Source: Welwitschia mirabilis (Eukaryota). Taken from it: DNA of 44,746 nt. Shown here one piece after another: positions 1 through 12,456 of the stretch (its first letter is position 1; the number at the start of each line of letters is the position of its first letter). The position numbers and the translations under genes were made by a program. A model generated the notes under the pieces. The model had not been told where the DNA came from and did no database searches. It was given only the letters and a program-made list of their open reading frames with translations. The stretch spans positions 6,609,596-6,654,341 of the forward strand of contig JBOZIK010000001.1 of NCBI GenBank assembly GCA_051453625.1, read 5' to 3'.

Positions 1-1264
1 TGCTACTAAATTCATGCATATAAGAAAAAACTGAAAGTATTCAAAGTAATGAAACTAATAAAAGGCTTAAAGTACCAATCAGATAGACGCAATATTTATA
101 GTGGTTTGGGAAACCCCCTACTCCACTCTCAATGATCAGCTTATTACCACGCCTAATCTGGATCTTTGTTAACTCTTCCAGGTATTGCAGGTTCACCTGT
201 AACCTTTACACATGGACTTTTATAAGCTAAGTCTTAACCTTTCCAATGGACTTTTGCAAGCTAAGTCTCAACCTTTTACAATGTATGGTAGTGATAAAAG
301 AACGCCAAGATGCACTGATATCACTTCTTCTTTAGTACAATGATTGAAATGGAGCTCTTCTCCTTTAAGTGATGCAATAATGAAGTACAAGATCTGATCT
401 TGAATGTATAGGTACAGCAAATGATAGAAAGTCCTTGGTCAGGAGTACAATGTCAAGATGCTACAGTTAATATCACAATATTCATTCCTTCGATCAAAAT
501 TCAAGAAGCCTTTTTATTCATCTCTCTCTTGGCTATTTATATTAGAATACTTTTAGGATTTATTACAAGTAAAAATGGCTTCCAATGCCTATAAACAACT
601 ACAAAACATATACATAATAGATAAAAAATTTCATTTTCTTTTTGGCCGGTCAACCCCTAAAAATTCCTGTTGATCCCTCCTGATGTCGTAAACTACACAG
701 GTCGCCTAAGTAAACTTTTTGGTTGCCTAGTTTCTTATAGCTCTATATCTGGTCGACTCCTCAGGGTCCAGTCAACCGCCATCTGGTCACTCACAAATTT
801 GTCTAATCGCTCATTAGTCCTGATAAAGATTTATTCTAATTTCCTGCATCAGGTCTAGTCAACCCCTCAGGTATCTAGTCGACCCCTTGATGATCGGCCC
901 AAGGATATCAAGTGTGTAGTGCTTAGGTCTGGTGAACCCCTCAGAAATCCAGTCAATCCCTTGACAATTAGTTCAGAAGTACTATTTTTAGGTTTACAGA
1001 TCTGGTAGACCCCTCAAAAATCTAGTTGACCCCTCTGAATTTAGTTTAATTCTGAAAGTATGCTTCAGGTGCGGTTAACCCTTTGAAAGTCTGGTCAACT
1101 CCTCAAAAGAGTAGTGAACTTGACATGTTTCTAGTGATCAGAAATTGACATTCATGGCTTTAGCATCTAACCTGCAAGTGGTTAATATTTTCTACATAAG
1201 ATAAACAAAATTTACTACATAGAAAACATTAGTTTGACTTCAATTAGGAAAACATAATCTGACA
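1..1264 (-). repeat. 3' LTR of the Sirevirus element (continues past window start)
   Basis: Begins TG immediately after the PPT on the minus strand. It holds an array of GGTCGACC-derived motifs (~640-1110) and the motif GTGGAGTAGG...CCCAAACCACTAT (~98-127), which is shared with the LTR at 40484-40513. Confidence 0.8.
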
Positions 1265-1984
1265 ATCTCCCCCTTTAACATTGATGGCAAACAATACTTA
1301 ATTGTAAAATTATTTAAAATTAAGAAAAACTTTCCATCACGAAATGCCTATCATTATTTACAAAAATATTAAGCCTTTTTAAAACAAATTAAAGAAATTT
1401 TAATAAGTCTAATTTTGTGCTAAAATAAAATAATTTAAGGTCCACATTTGAAGAGTTAAGAACAAAGTATTTATGAGAAGCACATTTTGATCATATAATA
1501 TTTATTACTTTGATCATTGACAATTGAAAGTTCATTGCAAATATAGGATGAACATCATTTGGATCCTTAAGTTTCAACATATTAGAAATTTTAAGCTCAT
1601 ATGAATCTTTGAATTGCATTAAAAAAAATTTGAAACACAAATTGAAAGCATAAAATCAAGTGCATTTTTATTTCATTAAACATAAGCATTACAAAGTAAA
1701 AGTGCTTATCAAGAGAAAACTACATCTGAAGGCATAAGAGATAAAGAGACATACAAATAATTCTCTCCCTTTTGACATCAAAGACAAAGGAAAGAACAAA
1801 AGCATACAAGTAAAAACATAATCAATAGAAAAATATTAAAAAAGATAATACAATTTCTGTTCTGTGCTATTAGCTTTCTCAGAAGGGCCTATAAAACTGA
1901 GAGGGTCCAGATGACCAGGATTTTATTTTGGTTGACTAACCACCTCTGATAGATCAAATCATGGATCTGGTCGACCATCCTGCA

Positions 1985-3600
1985 ATTATTCATAGGATGG
2001 TAAGATAACCCCCAGTTCATTTCTGAAACAAAGAAAAGTATCAAAATTCAGGGGTTTAGTAAAAATATCTTCCAACTATTGATCTATACTTATAAAGTTC
2101 ATAGAAATGTGTTCTTTTTCTACTTGATCTCTTAGAAAATGATTCCTTAGCTTAATATATTTGATTCTTGAGTGCTGAATGTTTATAGCATTGGTATTAT
2201 CACAGAAGATAGGGACTTTTTCAAAATTAACACCGAAATCGTTTAGCATTTCTTTCATCCACAAAAGATGAGTACAACAATTGCCTACTATAATATATTC
2301 TATTGTTGCAGTTAAAAGAGAAATAGAATTTTATTTCTTACTTAACCATCCTATTAAGCATGAACCTAGTAGAAAATAATTTCCACTTGTGCTTTTTTTA
2401 TCATCTTTACAACCAGCCCAGTCTACATCACTAAAACCTATCAGTCCAAAAGATGTCTATATAGGATACCATAAATCATAATCACATGTGCCTTTTACGT
2501 ACCTGATTATTCTTTTTACTGCTTATAAATGTGATTCTTTTGATTGGGATTAATAGCTTGTACAAACTCCAATACTAAACATAATGTTTGGTCTACTTGT
2601 AGTCAAATATAGTAAACTTCTAATCATACTTCTGTAAAGTTTTTGATCCATTAGTTTACCATTTTCATCCAAACTCACTTTACAAGATGTTGATATAGGG
2701 GTGTCAGTTGTTTTTACATTTTCTAATCCAAAACATTTGATTAAATCTCTTACATATTTGGATTGAAAAATAAGTATCCCATCTTTTAATTGCTTTACTT
2801 GTAGCCCAAGAAACATTTTTAATTCGTCAAGCATACTCATTTCAAAATAAGTTGTCATAATATTTGTAAATTCTTTTAACAACTTTTCATCTAAGGCACT
2901 GAATATAATATCATCTACATAGATTTATATAATAATGAAATCCTTTCTCAAATTCCTTACAAATAAGGTTTTATCTACAATTCCATGAATATATCCATTT
3001 TCATTTAAAAAAGTGGCTAGCTTTTCATATCAAGCTCTTGGAGCTTGTTTCAATCCATACAGGGCTTTCTTAAGTCAATACACATAATCAATTTTATGAG
3101 GATCAATAAAACCTTGTAGTTGCTCTACATAAACTTTTTCATTTAAAGTATCATTTAAAAAATCGCTCTTTACATTTATTTGATAAACTTTGAAATTTCT
3201 AAAGGGTGCAAAAGACAAAAACATTCTAATGCTATCTAGCCTTGCAACAGGAGCAAAAATATCACTTACATTAATGCCTTCTATCTGATTATAGCTTTGT
3301 GCTACTAATCTTGCTTTGTTTTTAATGATATTGTTTTCATCATCACATTTATTTTTAAAAATCCACTTAGTTCCAATGATATTTTTATCCTTTGGCCTTT
3401 CTACAAGCTTCCAAAGATCATTCCTCTTGAACTATTATAGCTCATCTTGCATTTCCATCATCCATTCCTCATGAATTTTAGCTTCTTCAATTTTTTTGAG
3501 TTCTATTTTTGAAACATAACAAATGTGAGCACATAAATTCTTCATAGAACCTGTTATCTTTATTTTTGAACTAGCTTATCTAATAATAGATTCTAAAGGA
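1985..3600 (-). pseudogene. copia pol remnant: reverse transcriptase and RNase H
   Basis: ORF fragments 2076-2264 and 2550-2882 plus interrupted flanking frames carry the YVDD RT motif and the RNase H CDN..AI / DIFTKPL motifs. Confidence 0.92.
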
Positions 3601-5399
3601 TAATCTTTTAATAATTTGGGCTTTNNNNNNNNNNNNNNNNNNNNNNNNNNNNNNNNNNNNNNNNNNNNNNNNNNNNNNNNNNNNNNNNNNNNNNNNNNNN
3701 NNNNNNNNNNNNNNNNNNNNNNNNAATTGATATCAAAAATGTTTTACATAGTTTAGAAACTCTATTAATTAAAGCTTACAAAATGTGGGTTATAACACTA
3801 ATCATCCATCAACCTTTCTACAAGCGCTTCACTGATCTTCCACGAACTACCTTAATGATTGAATCTCAGTTAGCTTAAAGAAGAAAATGGAAACTAGATA
3901 ACAAGGATATGCTATCTAGCCTCCTTCCCATCATCATTACATCCCCTTTCCATTTTTTTCACATTACATCCTATTCTCTACCTCCCATCTAAGAGGTAGT
4001 CTTTCTCTTTCTTTCTTGCTTCTAGATCTCTGCATTTGGGAGACCCCCTCTACATCTTCTCGATATTTCCTTATTACCCTCTAGTATTGTAAAATTCATG
4101 TATGAGACTAGAGCTCCCTTCCTCGCATACTGAATGGTAATATCTTCTTTACTTCCTTTAAACTCCCAACTAGTTTTTAACTTCTCCTCCTTAATAAGGA
4201 AGGCTTATGAACACAACAAAAGAAGATTCTATAAACTGCACATTGTCTTTTACCAACTCTAGTTCTTTTTACTCAAGTATTGTAATAGGTTATTTCTAGT
4301 CATCCATTTTTTTAGGATAATGATATTTCATTATTTTCACCTAAGAGAGACTTATTTATAATCATTTCCTCTCTATTTCAATAGGAGGAAAAGTTTTTTC
4401 AGAGAGTTATTGATAAAATAGTATTGTTCCTTTTTCATTGCTCTATTACTTAGCATTTGTAGGCACAATAGAGAGTATTAAGGACTTTTTTAAAATAACC
4501 TTCTCCTTGAGAAATAGACCCCTAGATCCTTTTTCATTTCTTTTTATAAAAAACTACATCCACTTAGTTACAGGCTTAGGAGAAGATCTAACTGAAACCT
4601 CTAATCCCAGATCTAAGACCTATTTCATACCCTTTACTTGGACCTTAGAATAATCTAACAACACCTCCTTCCTTAGAATGTCCTCCCTTTAATAATAACT
4701 ATTTTGTAAAAATTTGCATCTCTTTATGTAATATTTAGATTGTATTATGCTATATCAATTACTTGTAATCTAGTTGTAATTTTAATAACCTTAATTTATT
4801 AACTTTATTGATAATAAAGCATTTCTTTCATTTTTAACTTCTATGCATATTTGTTTCTTTTATTAATTTGTTAAGAATTCCTATGCTTCATTTCATTTTT
4901 ACATAAGCTCTCAACATATTATTCAAAGAGCAGGGCTTGGACCTCTATCCTAGCCTTCATATAGTGTTTAGGGTTACTTTGAATGGTTATGCACTGCAGC
5001 TTGTTATTCTACTACCAAAAGGTATATTATTTTGTAGGTAAGAATAACTTACTCTTCACCATCAGCATGATCATTTATTCTCTTCTTTAGACTCCTATCT
5101 ATTGAAACCTTATTGAAATCCTTCTTGAACATTTAAATCTTTGTGAGTTTAAAGTTCCCTTGTAGTCCTTTAAAGAGAATTCCAATTAGGATTACCTATA
5201 TTGTAATAGAATAACCTTGTTTTATAAGTTTAAACTGCTACATATACCTTGACCATTAGGGAATAACCCTTAAATATTATCAATTATAATAAACCTCAAG
5301 GTATAGTAGTGTCATTTACTTCCATAAAGTCATATACATGATTATCTTCATTTAAATTGTCCATCACATTTTAAATTTTTCCAAAACTACCATGTTATT

Positions 5400-7500
5400 A
5401 TGTCCATTTCTATAATGTTCTTACTATTTCATTTATACTTCTTCAAAAGTTTTAACTTATTTCTCAAGTATTTCCTATTAATTTCCTTCATTCTTTCTCT
5501 TAAATATATAATTGTGATTGCACTCATCCAAGGTCTTTCTAAAGTGCAAGAATTATGAGTATATTTCCATTTCTTTTTCATAACTACCAAATCTAGTAAA
5601 TACAAAAATCCTGGTAGTTCAATAGGAATATTAATAAAATATCTTCATATGTAATGATTAATCTATCTTACATAGATACTTGGCCTTCATAAGGACTTAG
5701 CTCTAGCTTTCCTAGTTCCTTATGACCTCCATATGTTATGCTATTTATACTATCTCCTAGGTTTATATAAGATTTAAATCTCTATTATCCATTAATTCTT
5801 ATGCTAATTGATATTTATGGATTAGAATATTTCTCATTTTTATCATCTAGAATAATTTGTACAAAATCCCATGACATTTGATTTATGTGCTTGTGTTTGA
5901 TTTGGATTTTTTAAGTCTATTTCTTTTTCTTTTCCTCCTTCTTTTTTATGCTATCTTTCTTAAATAATGTTTTGATTTTTTACCAAAAACGTGGTGTATA
6001 TTTTAACATATTTATTAATAGTAAAGAAATTAATGTTTCTTTTAGAGCTTTTATGAGATATTCTAAATGGTTTTTTTAACTTTTTACATCCTGGTTATTC
6101 TATTTGCTTTCTTCTTAAAGAAAAAGACAAGGAAGTTTCTTGAAGATCAATAGTTTCTTTCATATCTCTATGCCTTATGCTTGCTTTCTAATTCATGCGG
6201 ATATATTTTCCAAATATAGAAAATATTAGTTTAGGTCCAACTTTTCTTGTATTTGATTGGGCTTGTATTTTCATTTATACTTTTTTTACCATTTTATCTT
6301 TCTTTTGTTTAGATCTTAAAGAATATTAAATTTTTTAATTATTATTTTTATTATAAATTAGATAGTACTCATGTTATTATTTCCTTTTTGATTGAATGTA
6401 TTAAGGCACTAGTTTAATCACCAATATGCCTTTTCCAACTTTAAGGTTGATAAAGGTGTGTTTTATTTTTCTTGTAGGAAAATTACTTGGATTTGTAATC
6501 TATTCTATTAATATCCAATCATTAAACAAATGTTTGCATTTAAGGACAATATATTTCATAGTGATCATCTTCTTCATAATGTTTATAAAGATTCACTTCT
6601 TCTTTATCTACATGAGTTACTGTCTTATCAAATTATTCTATTATATCATATGTAATCTTTTTAGCTACATTCTCAAATTTTAATTTCTTTTCTTTCTATA
6701 ATTACATGCTTATTTAATTTTTTTCCTTTTAATTTCTTAAATTAGTAATAGAAGCATCTTGTGTCTTGACTTATCCTATATTTTTTAAACACATTTCTCT
6801 AACTAGACTTTAAATTCTGAACCTTGATGCTTTCTCTACATAGCATTCTAATTTTCCTAAGGTTAGAGTTTGTATTATTTTTAATAAAATCCTTATTTTT
6901 TTAGCATCTGATTTCTTAATTTGAATATTTTTCTAAAAGAACTTGCTACCTATTCATTAATTCATCAAATCTTTCATTCTTCCTCTATTTAAAGTTAAAG
7001 ACTTAATTACTTAAGCCATATATATATCCCTCATAAGTTATAAATTACTTCCAAAGGGTGTTGCTCATGCTCTCCAAGATTTACATATGTTATTAGAAAA
7101 TTCATAATACAATAGTTAACTTTCTCCTTTTAATGAAAAAGGAAATACCTTATAAAATTTGAGTTTCTATGTAAGTAGTTAGCTTTGCAAAATTAGTTAA
7201 ATAAACTAAAATGCAAGAGGGGTTACTAATACTTATTTCCTACAAAGCTAGACATCAATGTACTATTAATATTTCTTATTTTATCTAGTATTTATAATAC
7301 TTTAAAATCAATAGGGCTTAGTTCCCATTAATTTGGAAAAATGAATATGTACTAGTGGACTAAATTACTCATCTTCTTCCAATATAATTCTCTAATAAAT
7401 TTTTTTGATTAATTTATAAGTTCTAATTTATTGTGTATTTTTAGGTTTCTTTAAATTCCTAATGATTTAAATAACCTTCATTCCATTTCAAGTACCAAAA
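5400..7500 (-). mobile_element. Heavily decayed Ty3/gypsy (Athila-like) gag-protease relic
   Basis: The minus strand gives FYKVFPFSLKGE near 7122-7157 (gag LFPFSL motif) and KSYINLGDSINSITYGGHKELGKLELSP near 5690-5777 (cf. protease ALIDLGASINLMP). Boundaries are approximate. Confidence 0.6.
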
Positions 7501-7645
7501 TAGAAGAAATTTTATTTTATAAGATATAATTCATCATCTTAAGCTTAGTTAATCACATCAAATTATATCTTAACCATTTAACTATTTTTTTTAAGATCAT
7601 ATTTATCAAGATTCTTCTTTGTTTCCTCTTGATACCCTGCTTATG

Positions 7646-7721
7646 ATGGCTTTATTCATGGTATTCTCACATTAGAAAAAATTATGGCTTTATTCATGGT
7701 ATTCTCACATTAGAAAAAATT
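7646..7721. repeat. Perfect 38-bp tandem duplication
   Basis: ATGGCTTTATTCATGGTATTCTCACATTAGAAAAAATT occurs at 7646-7683 and 7684-7721. Confidence 0.95.
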
Positions 7722-8596
7722 AAATAAATAAAATAGTAAAAATTGTCTATTTTATCTTTAGCCTAGAAAGATCTAAATAGTATTCTCCTCTAGTACCAAA
7801 ATAATAGGTTTAGACTCTAAGAAAAATTCATGATATTCTAGGCTTAAAAGCACAAAATATTAGGATGATAATCCTTAGAAGTGTTAAATTATCATTGATT
7901 ATTTATTTTTATAAGTGATTTATCTTTCTCACTTAGGTCTCTATTTGAATAAAATATGTAGTTTAGTCATTAATCTTAAAGTTAGCAATCTTATGATGCT
8001 AAAATTGCCCTTTATGAAAGCATATGTCTCCACAAATGGAAGTAATATCAACTTGAAAAGTTACCCGTCAGGGTATTTATTTAACTTATAAATTATTAAG
8101 ATTTATTTATATAATGTATATAAATCAAACAGTGGTAAAGAATGATAAATAAAGAATTGATAATGTCTACATAAATGTGTTTATTTCTAAATAAAATTCT
8201 TAATAGCTTTTTCAATAAAGGTATTACTAGAAAAACGAAATAGATACACTTTTTTCTAAAGAGGTTTCGTATGTATAGCACTGGTAATAGTCGTGCTAAT
8301 AATAAAACCCTCATAATCCTTTTAGTATAAGTACAAAATAACATACTGCATAAAGAAACATTTAGTACTATTTAGTAGCTAAAATATTTAGATATTAATG
8401 TTGTAATCAGTTTGCCCTTATAAGTATCCTTTTGTATTTTTCATATATAGTACATCTAAAGCTTTTCAATACATCCAAATATACGATGATTTTTCACTCT
8501 CATAAAACTCTTAGAAAGAACTTTTCTAATAATTTAAGGCCATTAGTTTAATGGCATGCATCCTTGCCACAAGGTCATAAAAGCTATCCTCAGAAA

Positions 8597-8603
8597 TCTC
8601 TCT

Positions 8604-8673
<70 letters not shown>

Positions 8674-8773
8674 NNNNNNNNNNNNNNNNNNNNNNNNNNN
8701 NNNNNNNNNNNNNNNNNNNNNNNNNNNNNNNNNNNNNNNNNNNNNNNNNNNNNNNNNNNNNNNNNNNNNNNNN

Positions 8774-8838
<65 letters not shown>
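8597..8838. repeat. Compound (TC)n(TG)n microsatellite spanning a 100-N gap
   Basis: Directly visible; the gap is at 8674-8773. Confidence 0.98.
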
Positions 8839-8841
<3 letters not shown>

Positions 8842-9129
8842 CATAGGATGAATGGTATTCTATTGTTTAGTGATGATTACCTAAAGAACAAACTTGTATA
8901 GTTGGAATGTGATAAAGACATATGTCTTCTTCTAAACTTGTCATTTATTCATGATTTGTTGAGTTTGATAAAAGTATAACTACGTTTATACATTGAGAGA
9001 TGTATGTCAGGTATCCCTTCTATAAATATGTCCCTTGTTTATAAGAGTTTATCATGCATATTATTTTTCTAATAAGATGTTATGATAAACTACTATTAAA
9101 CAATAGTTTTAGTCATCATCATTTGTCAA

Positions 9130-9660
9130 AATTTTGAAATATGTAAAAGGAATGGGATATTTTAAACTTTGATTACAATTTGATGCTAACTCAAACTCAA
9201 AGCTTTTACAAATTTAATCTTTAGTCATTGTTAGAATATAACAAAATTTGCTATAGGATAACTAACATTCTTGGGATCTTCACTAATCTCTTAGATAATG
9301 AAGTGATAGTAGATAATAATAGCTTCATGATATAAAGTGGAGTACATAGCAACATTGAATTAAGTAAGGAGGTGATTTGAGTACGAAGATATTAAAAGTT
9401 ATAAATGTTTTATAAGAAGGGCTTACAAATTTTTACATGGATAATTAATGTACAATTCACATGATAAAGAATCCAATGTTTTATAATAGAACAGATCACA
9501 TTACAACAAAAGGTCAAGTGATATAAGAACTACTTTAGAATGGAGTTACAGATGTGTCGTATGTTTCATCAATAGATCAAGTTATAGACATTCTAAAAAT
9601 GCTACTTGGAAAAATAAAGTTTTTCAATTATCAACTAAGAGTAAGCAACATGAAGTCCTC
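9130..9660 (+). mobile_element. Decayed copia RNase H remnant
   Basis: Translates as IHMIKNPMFYNRTDHIT...VSYVSSIDQVIDILK, matching the copia NPVFHxRTKHI...DQxADIFTK pattern. Confidence 0.7.
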
Positions 9661-11164
9661 TTAAGTCAATAAGAAGAATTATACTAAATGGTTAACTATG
9701 TGGCATTTTAGACCATCTAAGCCATGTTAGCTTAGGACTGAGGTTCTTCTCTAAGCACTCTAGTTTCCTTGAAGAATATTTAGTTTTTAATTGTTATTAT
9801 TATCAATGTATTAGTTGCATTGTTTGTCTAGTGTAATAATCCTAATCTTCTAAACTTAGGGAAGGGATTAAAAGTCTTATGGTTTATAACTTTAATTAGT
9901 AATATCATAATCAAGGGAATAAATATAAATGATTTACTAATGGTAAAGATGTACTTAGTAATTAATAAAGTCAAGACCGTATTCAATGTCTAACTACAAA
10001 TTATATACTAGTAAAAATATTGTTAATTATGTCAACATTTCAATCATTTTCATTTTTTAGTTTTATTTTAACTTCAGTTTTGGAAGTGAATTCAATACAA
10101 CAGTCGCTAATCTTTTAACATCATCCTTTCCAATATGAAGCAGTTAACTTATTTGAAATCTTGTTTAATTTCTATATGATTATTCGCTTACAAATGAGGA
10201 CATAAATAAAGAAAGTTCAACTTGAGACTGCCAACTTTTAGACCTATTTGATGTTTTTCACTTATGCACCCTACTTAATGCAATAGGTGCTTTGTAATCA
10301 CCTTACTTTTCCCTTTTTTTTTTGTGAGACTTCACCCTTATTTGTAAGCTTAACGCTCTCATGGGTGTTAAAAGTGTGAATGGATTGGAGCTGCCAATGT
10401 TGATCTTTGCCTTTGCCATGAAATTTTCATCTACAAAATTAAAACACACAACCTTAGTCGCCTCCATTGTTACGTCACAATGTAGTCACCTCTCAATATT
10501 CGAGTAAACCTCATGATAGGCCAGAAACTTAATAAACTAATAATGTGGAACTATCTTAGGCTCTTACCTCTTGCCATAATTGCTTCCACACTCATAGCTA
10601 ATGCCTTAAATAACCTCAAACATCAGCCTCGTAAAAACAACTAGTAGGAAGTCTAGTGTATCCCCTTGCTTAATGTGATGGAGTACTTCACCTTCAAACT
10701 CCATCTTCAGTAATCCCAAAACATATATTACCTCTATAATTTGGCATTGTAAGCTCTTCAAATAAAACAGAATATGTAATAAAATTTCAAGGCCCATATC
10801 GAAAAGTAAGAGATGTAGGTTGCACAACTAAGTTAGATTAGAGGCACTAGTGAGAAAGGAACTTCATCCTCCTCTTAGGCAAGATAACCTTGGCTCTATG
10901 GTGGGATCAACTTTGCTCTCTCCCCTCTTGGTTTTCCTTTAATAATTTCCAAGACTTTGATTTTACTTTTTATACTTTGAGCAATTGCTGATTTTAAGTG
11001 GATATTTTAAGTTATCATCACTATTTAACTTAATATTGTCTTTCTTCTTTTTTTGTTGCTTCTATTGCCTTTTTTTTCTTTTTTCTTTGGGGTTGGGGGA
11101 TAGGGGTTGGAAGGGAGGGGTTAGGGTTGTGTGGATGGAGGCAGAGGAGTGGCATGTGAAACTT

Positions 11165-11335
11165 TGAGTGATCATACGTTCTCCTAAAAGTATAGTGACA
11201 ACAATCACAAAAATAAATACTTTGGTTACACTTAGACCCTCATAGTATGCCAAGTTTAACTTTTAAATCTAAAACTTTTCCAACAAAGGAGAGTTATTCC
11301 ACCCACTAAACTACCACCCCATTGGTGGATGGCTT
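11165..11335 (-). mobile_element. tRNA-derived SINE, degenerate copy
   Basis: Collinear similarity to 13918-14085: GATCATACGTTCTCCTAAAAGTATAGTGACAACAATCAC vs GACCATACTTACCTCTTAGGAGTATAGCTACCACAATCAC, CCTCATAGTATGC vs CCTCAAAGTATGC, and ACTACCA in both. Confidence 0.5.
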
Positions 11336-11729
11336 TTTGGGATTTTGTCACCATTCTATGTTACTTTTAGTTTTTCATATATGCATTGTGAAGTCTTTAA
11401 GCTTAGTATATCAGATTATGTGATTTTGTCAACAAGATAATAGTCTAACTAGTGGATCACTTATCTTCTTTTGAGGAGGATTTACCTTTAAATCCTTAGG
11501 TACCTCCTCAACATTCTATAAGGATTTGACATAGTTAAATTATTCATTTAAGTGATTTTGATCGCTTTGATTCTTAAAAAATATATATATAATAATAAAA
11601 AGTTATAAATTCAACATCTCCATATAATTTAATATCTTTTTAATAATTAATTAAATTAAACTAATGTCTTGTCTCATGACTTTGTAATTGTGAATTAAAT
11701 TTTTAAAAGTATTATGTTAAAAAAAACCT

Positions 11730-12330
11730 GTCCCTGAACGTGATAAAACATGGGAGTGATGGTCATTTCCGTCGTGATGCTCAATTTCAAACGGAACTTT
11801 GGCCGCCGCAACCAATCGGGATCCTTTCACACCAAATTCCCCGCCCATGAAGGCCCACTCGTAATAATAAGCGCGGACAGCTGGCATTAAACCAGGGATG
11901 GGATGAATAATTTCCTGATTCAGTCGATTCTACTGGACGTGCTTCCCTGTGTTTTCCCTGTTGTTTATCCTTTCCAATATCTTCCAAGTTTTCGTGACAA
12001 CAGGAAGACGATTCATGCCAGACTGGCTCTCACGTTTCTCTGAAAGGCTGGGTCAGAACTTTCCTGCTTTGACAAACATTGCTTCGATCCTCGGAAGATC
12101 GGTGCCTCTTTTGTGAAGTCGAATGTCAAGGTTCGGTAAATACATCTCTGCGACATGATTCTGCTTATTTTGTCGATTCCATTGCTTGGCGTGAAAATAA
12201 CATGTGATTAGCAAAGCAAATCATATTTTATACTCTTTGGAAGCGCTTTTATTGCGGACGCACTTCAAGTGGCGACAGAACGATACCTTCTCATAGTTTC
12301 TAGTGGTTCGTTATAAAAACAAGCGAAGGA
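11730..12330 (+). promoter_or_regulatory. CpG-retaining promoter/5'UTR-like island
   Basis: Abrupt rise in GC and CpG against CpG-poor TE flanks. CCAAT at 11812, CCGCCC at 11841 and site-II-like GGCCCA at 11852 precede the exon-like segment at 12332-12456. Confidence 0.55.
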
Positions 12331-12356
12331 AATGAAGAACGGAGTTTTTCGAAAGG

Positions 12357-12456
12357 ATGCTTGATCTTGCTGTAAGGTTTGAAACAACGGTTGAAGCCTT
12401 AGAAGCGTCAGCACACAACAAAGATAAAGGGAGCATCTATTTCTCCGAAAACGAAG
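12357..12456 (+). CDS. Candidate alternative or paralogous first exon of the MEBL-like gene
   Basis: MLDLAVRFETTVEALEASAHNKDKGSIYFSENEG|gtactc. It ends in a phase-1 donor with a motif resembling the end of exon 1 at 27002 (HSIFMDEQG|gtagga). Confidence 0.45.

Larger units (their letters stand above)
1..3624 (-). mobile_element. Sirevirus (SIRE/Maximus lineage Ty1/copia) LTR retrotransposon, 3' portion, degenerate
   Basis: The minus strand reads as copia RT/RNase H with stops and frameshifts: IIGTKWIFKNK, KARLVAQ, APVARL, IYVDDIIFS, YRSMIRSLLYLTTSRPNIMF, CDNTNAINI, EDIFTKPL. A PPT AAAGGGGGAGAT abuts TG at 1264, and a second PPT-like GATGTCAAAAGGGAGAG lies near 1763-1779. Multiple PPT signatures are typical of Sireviruses. 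The element ends at the N gap at 3625. Confidence 0.9.

Noticed and set aside
640..1110. CRISPR-like or other prokaryotic repeat array
   Set aside because: The repeats are degenerate, irregular and inside an LTR of a plant retrotransposon; no cas-like ORFs are present.
8556..8901. ORFs with CV/TH repeats
   Set aside because: Translations of a (TG)n microsatellite and an N gap.
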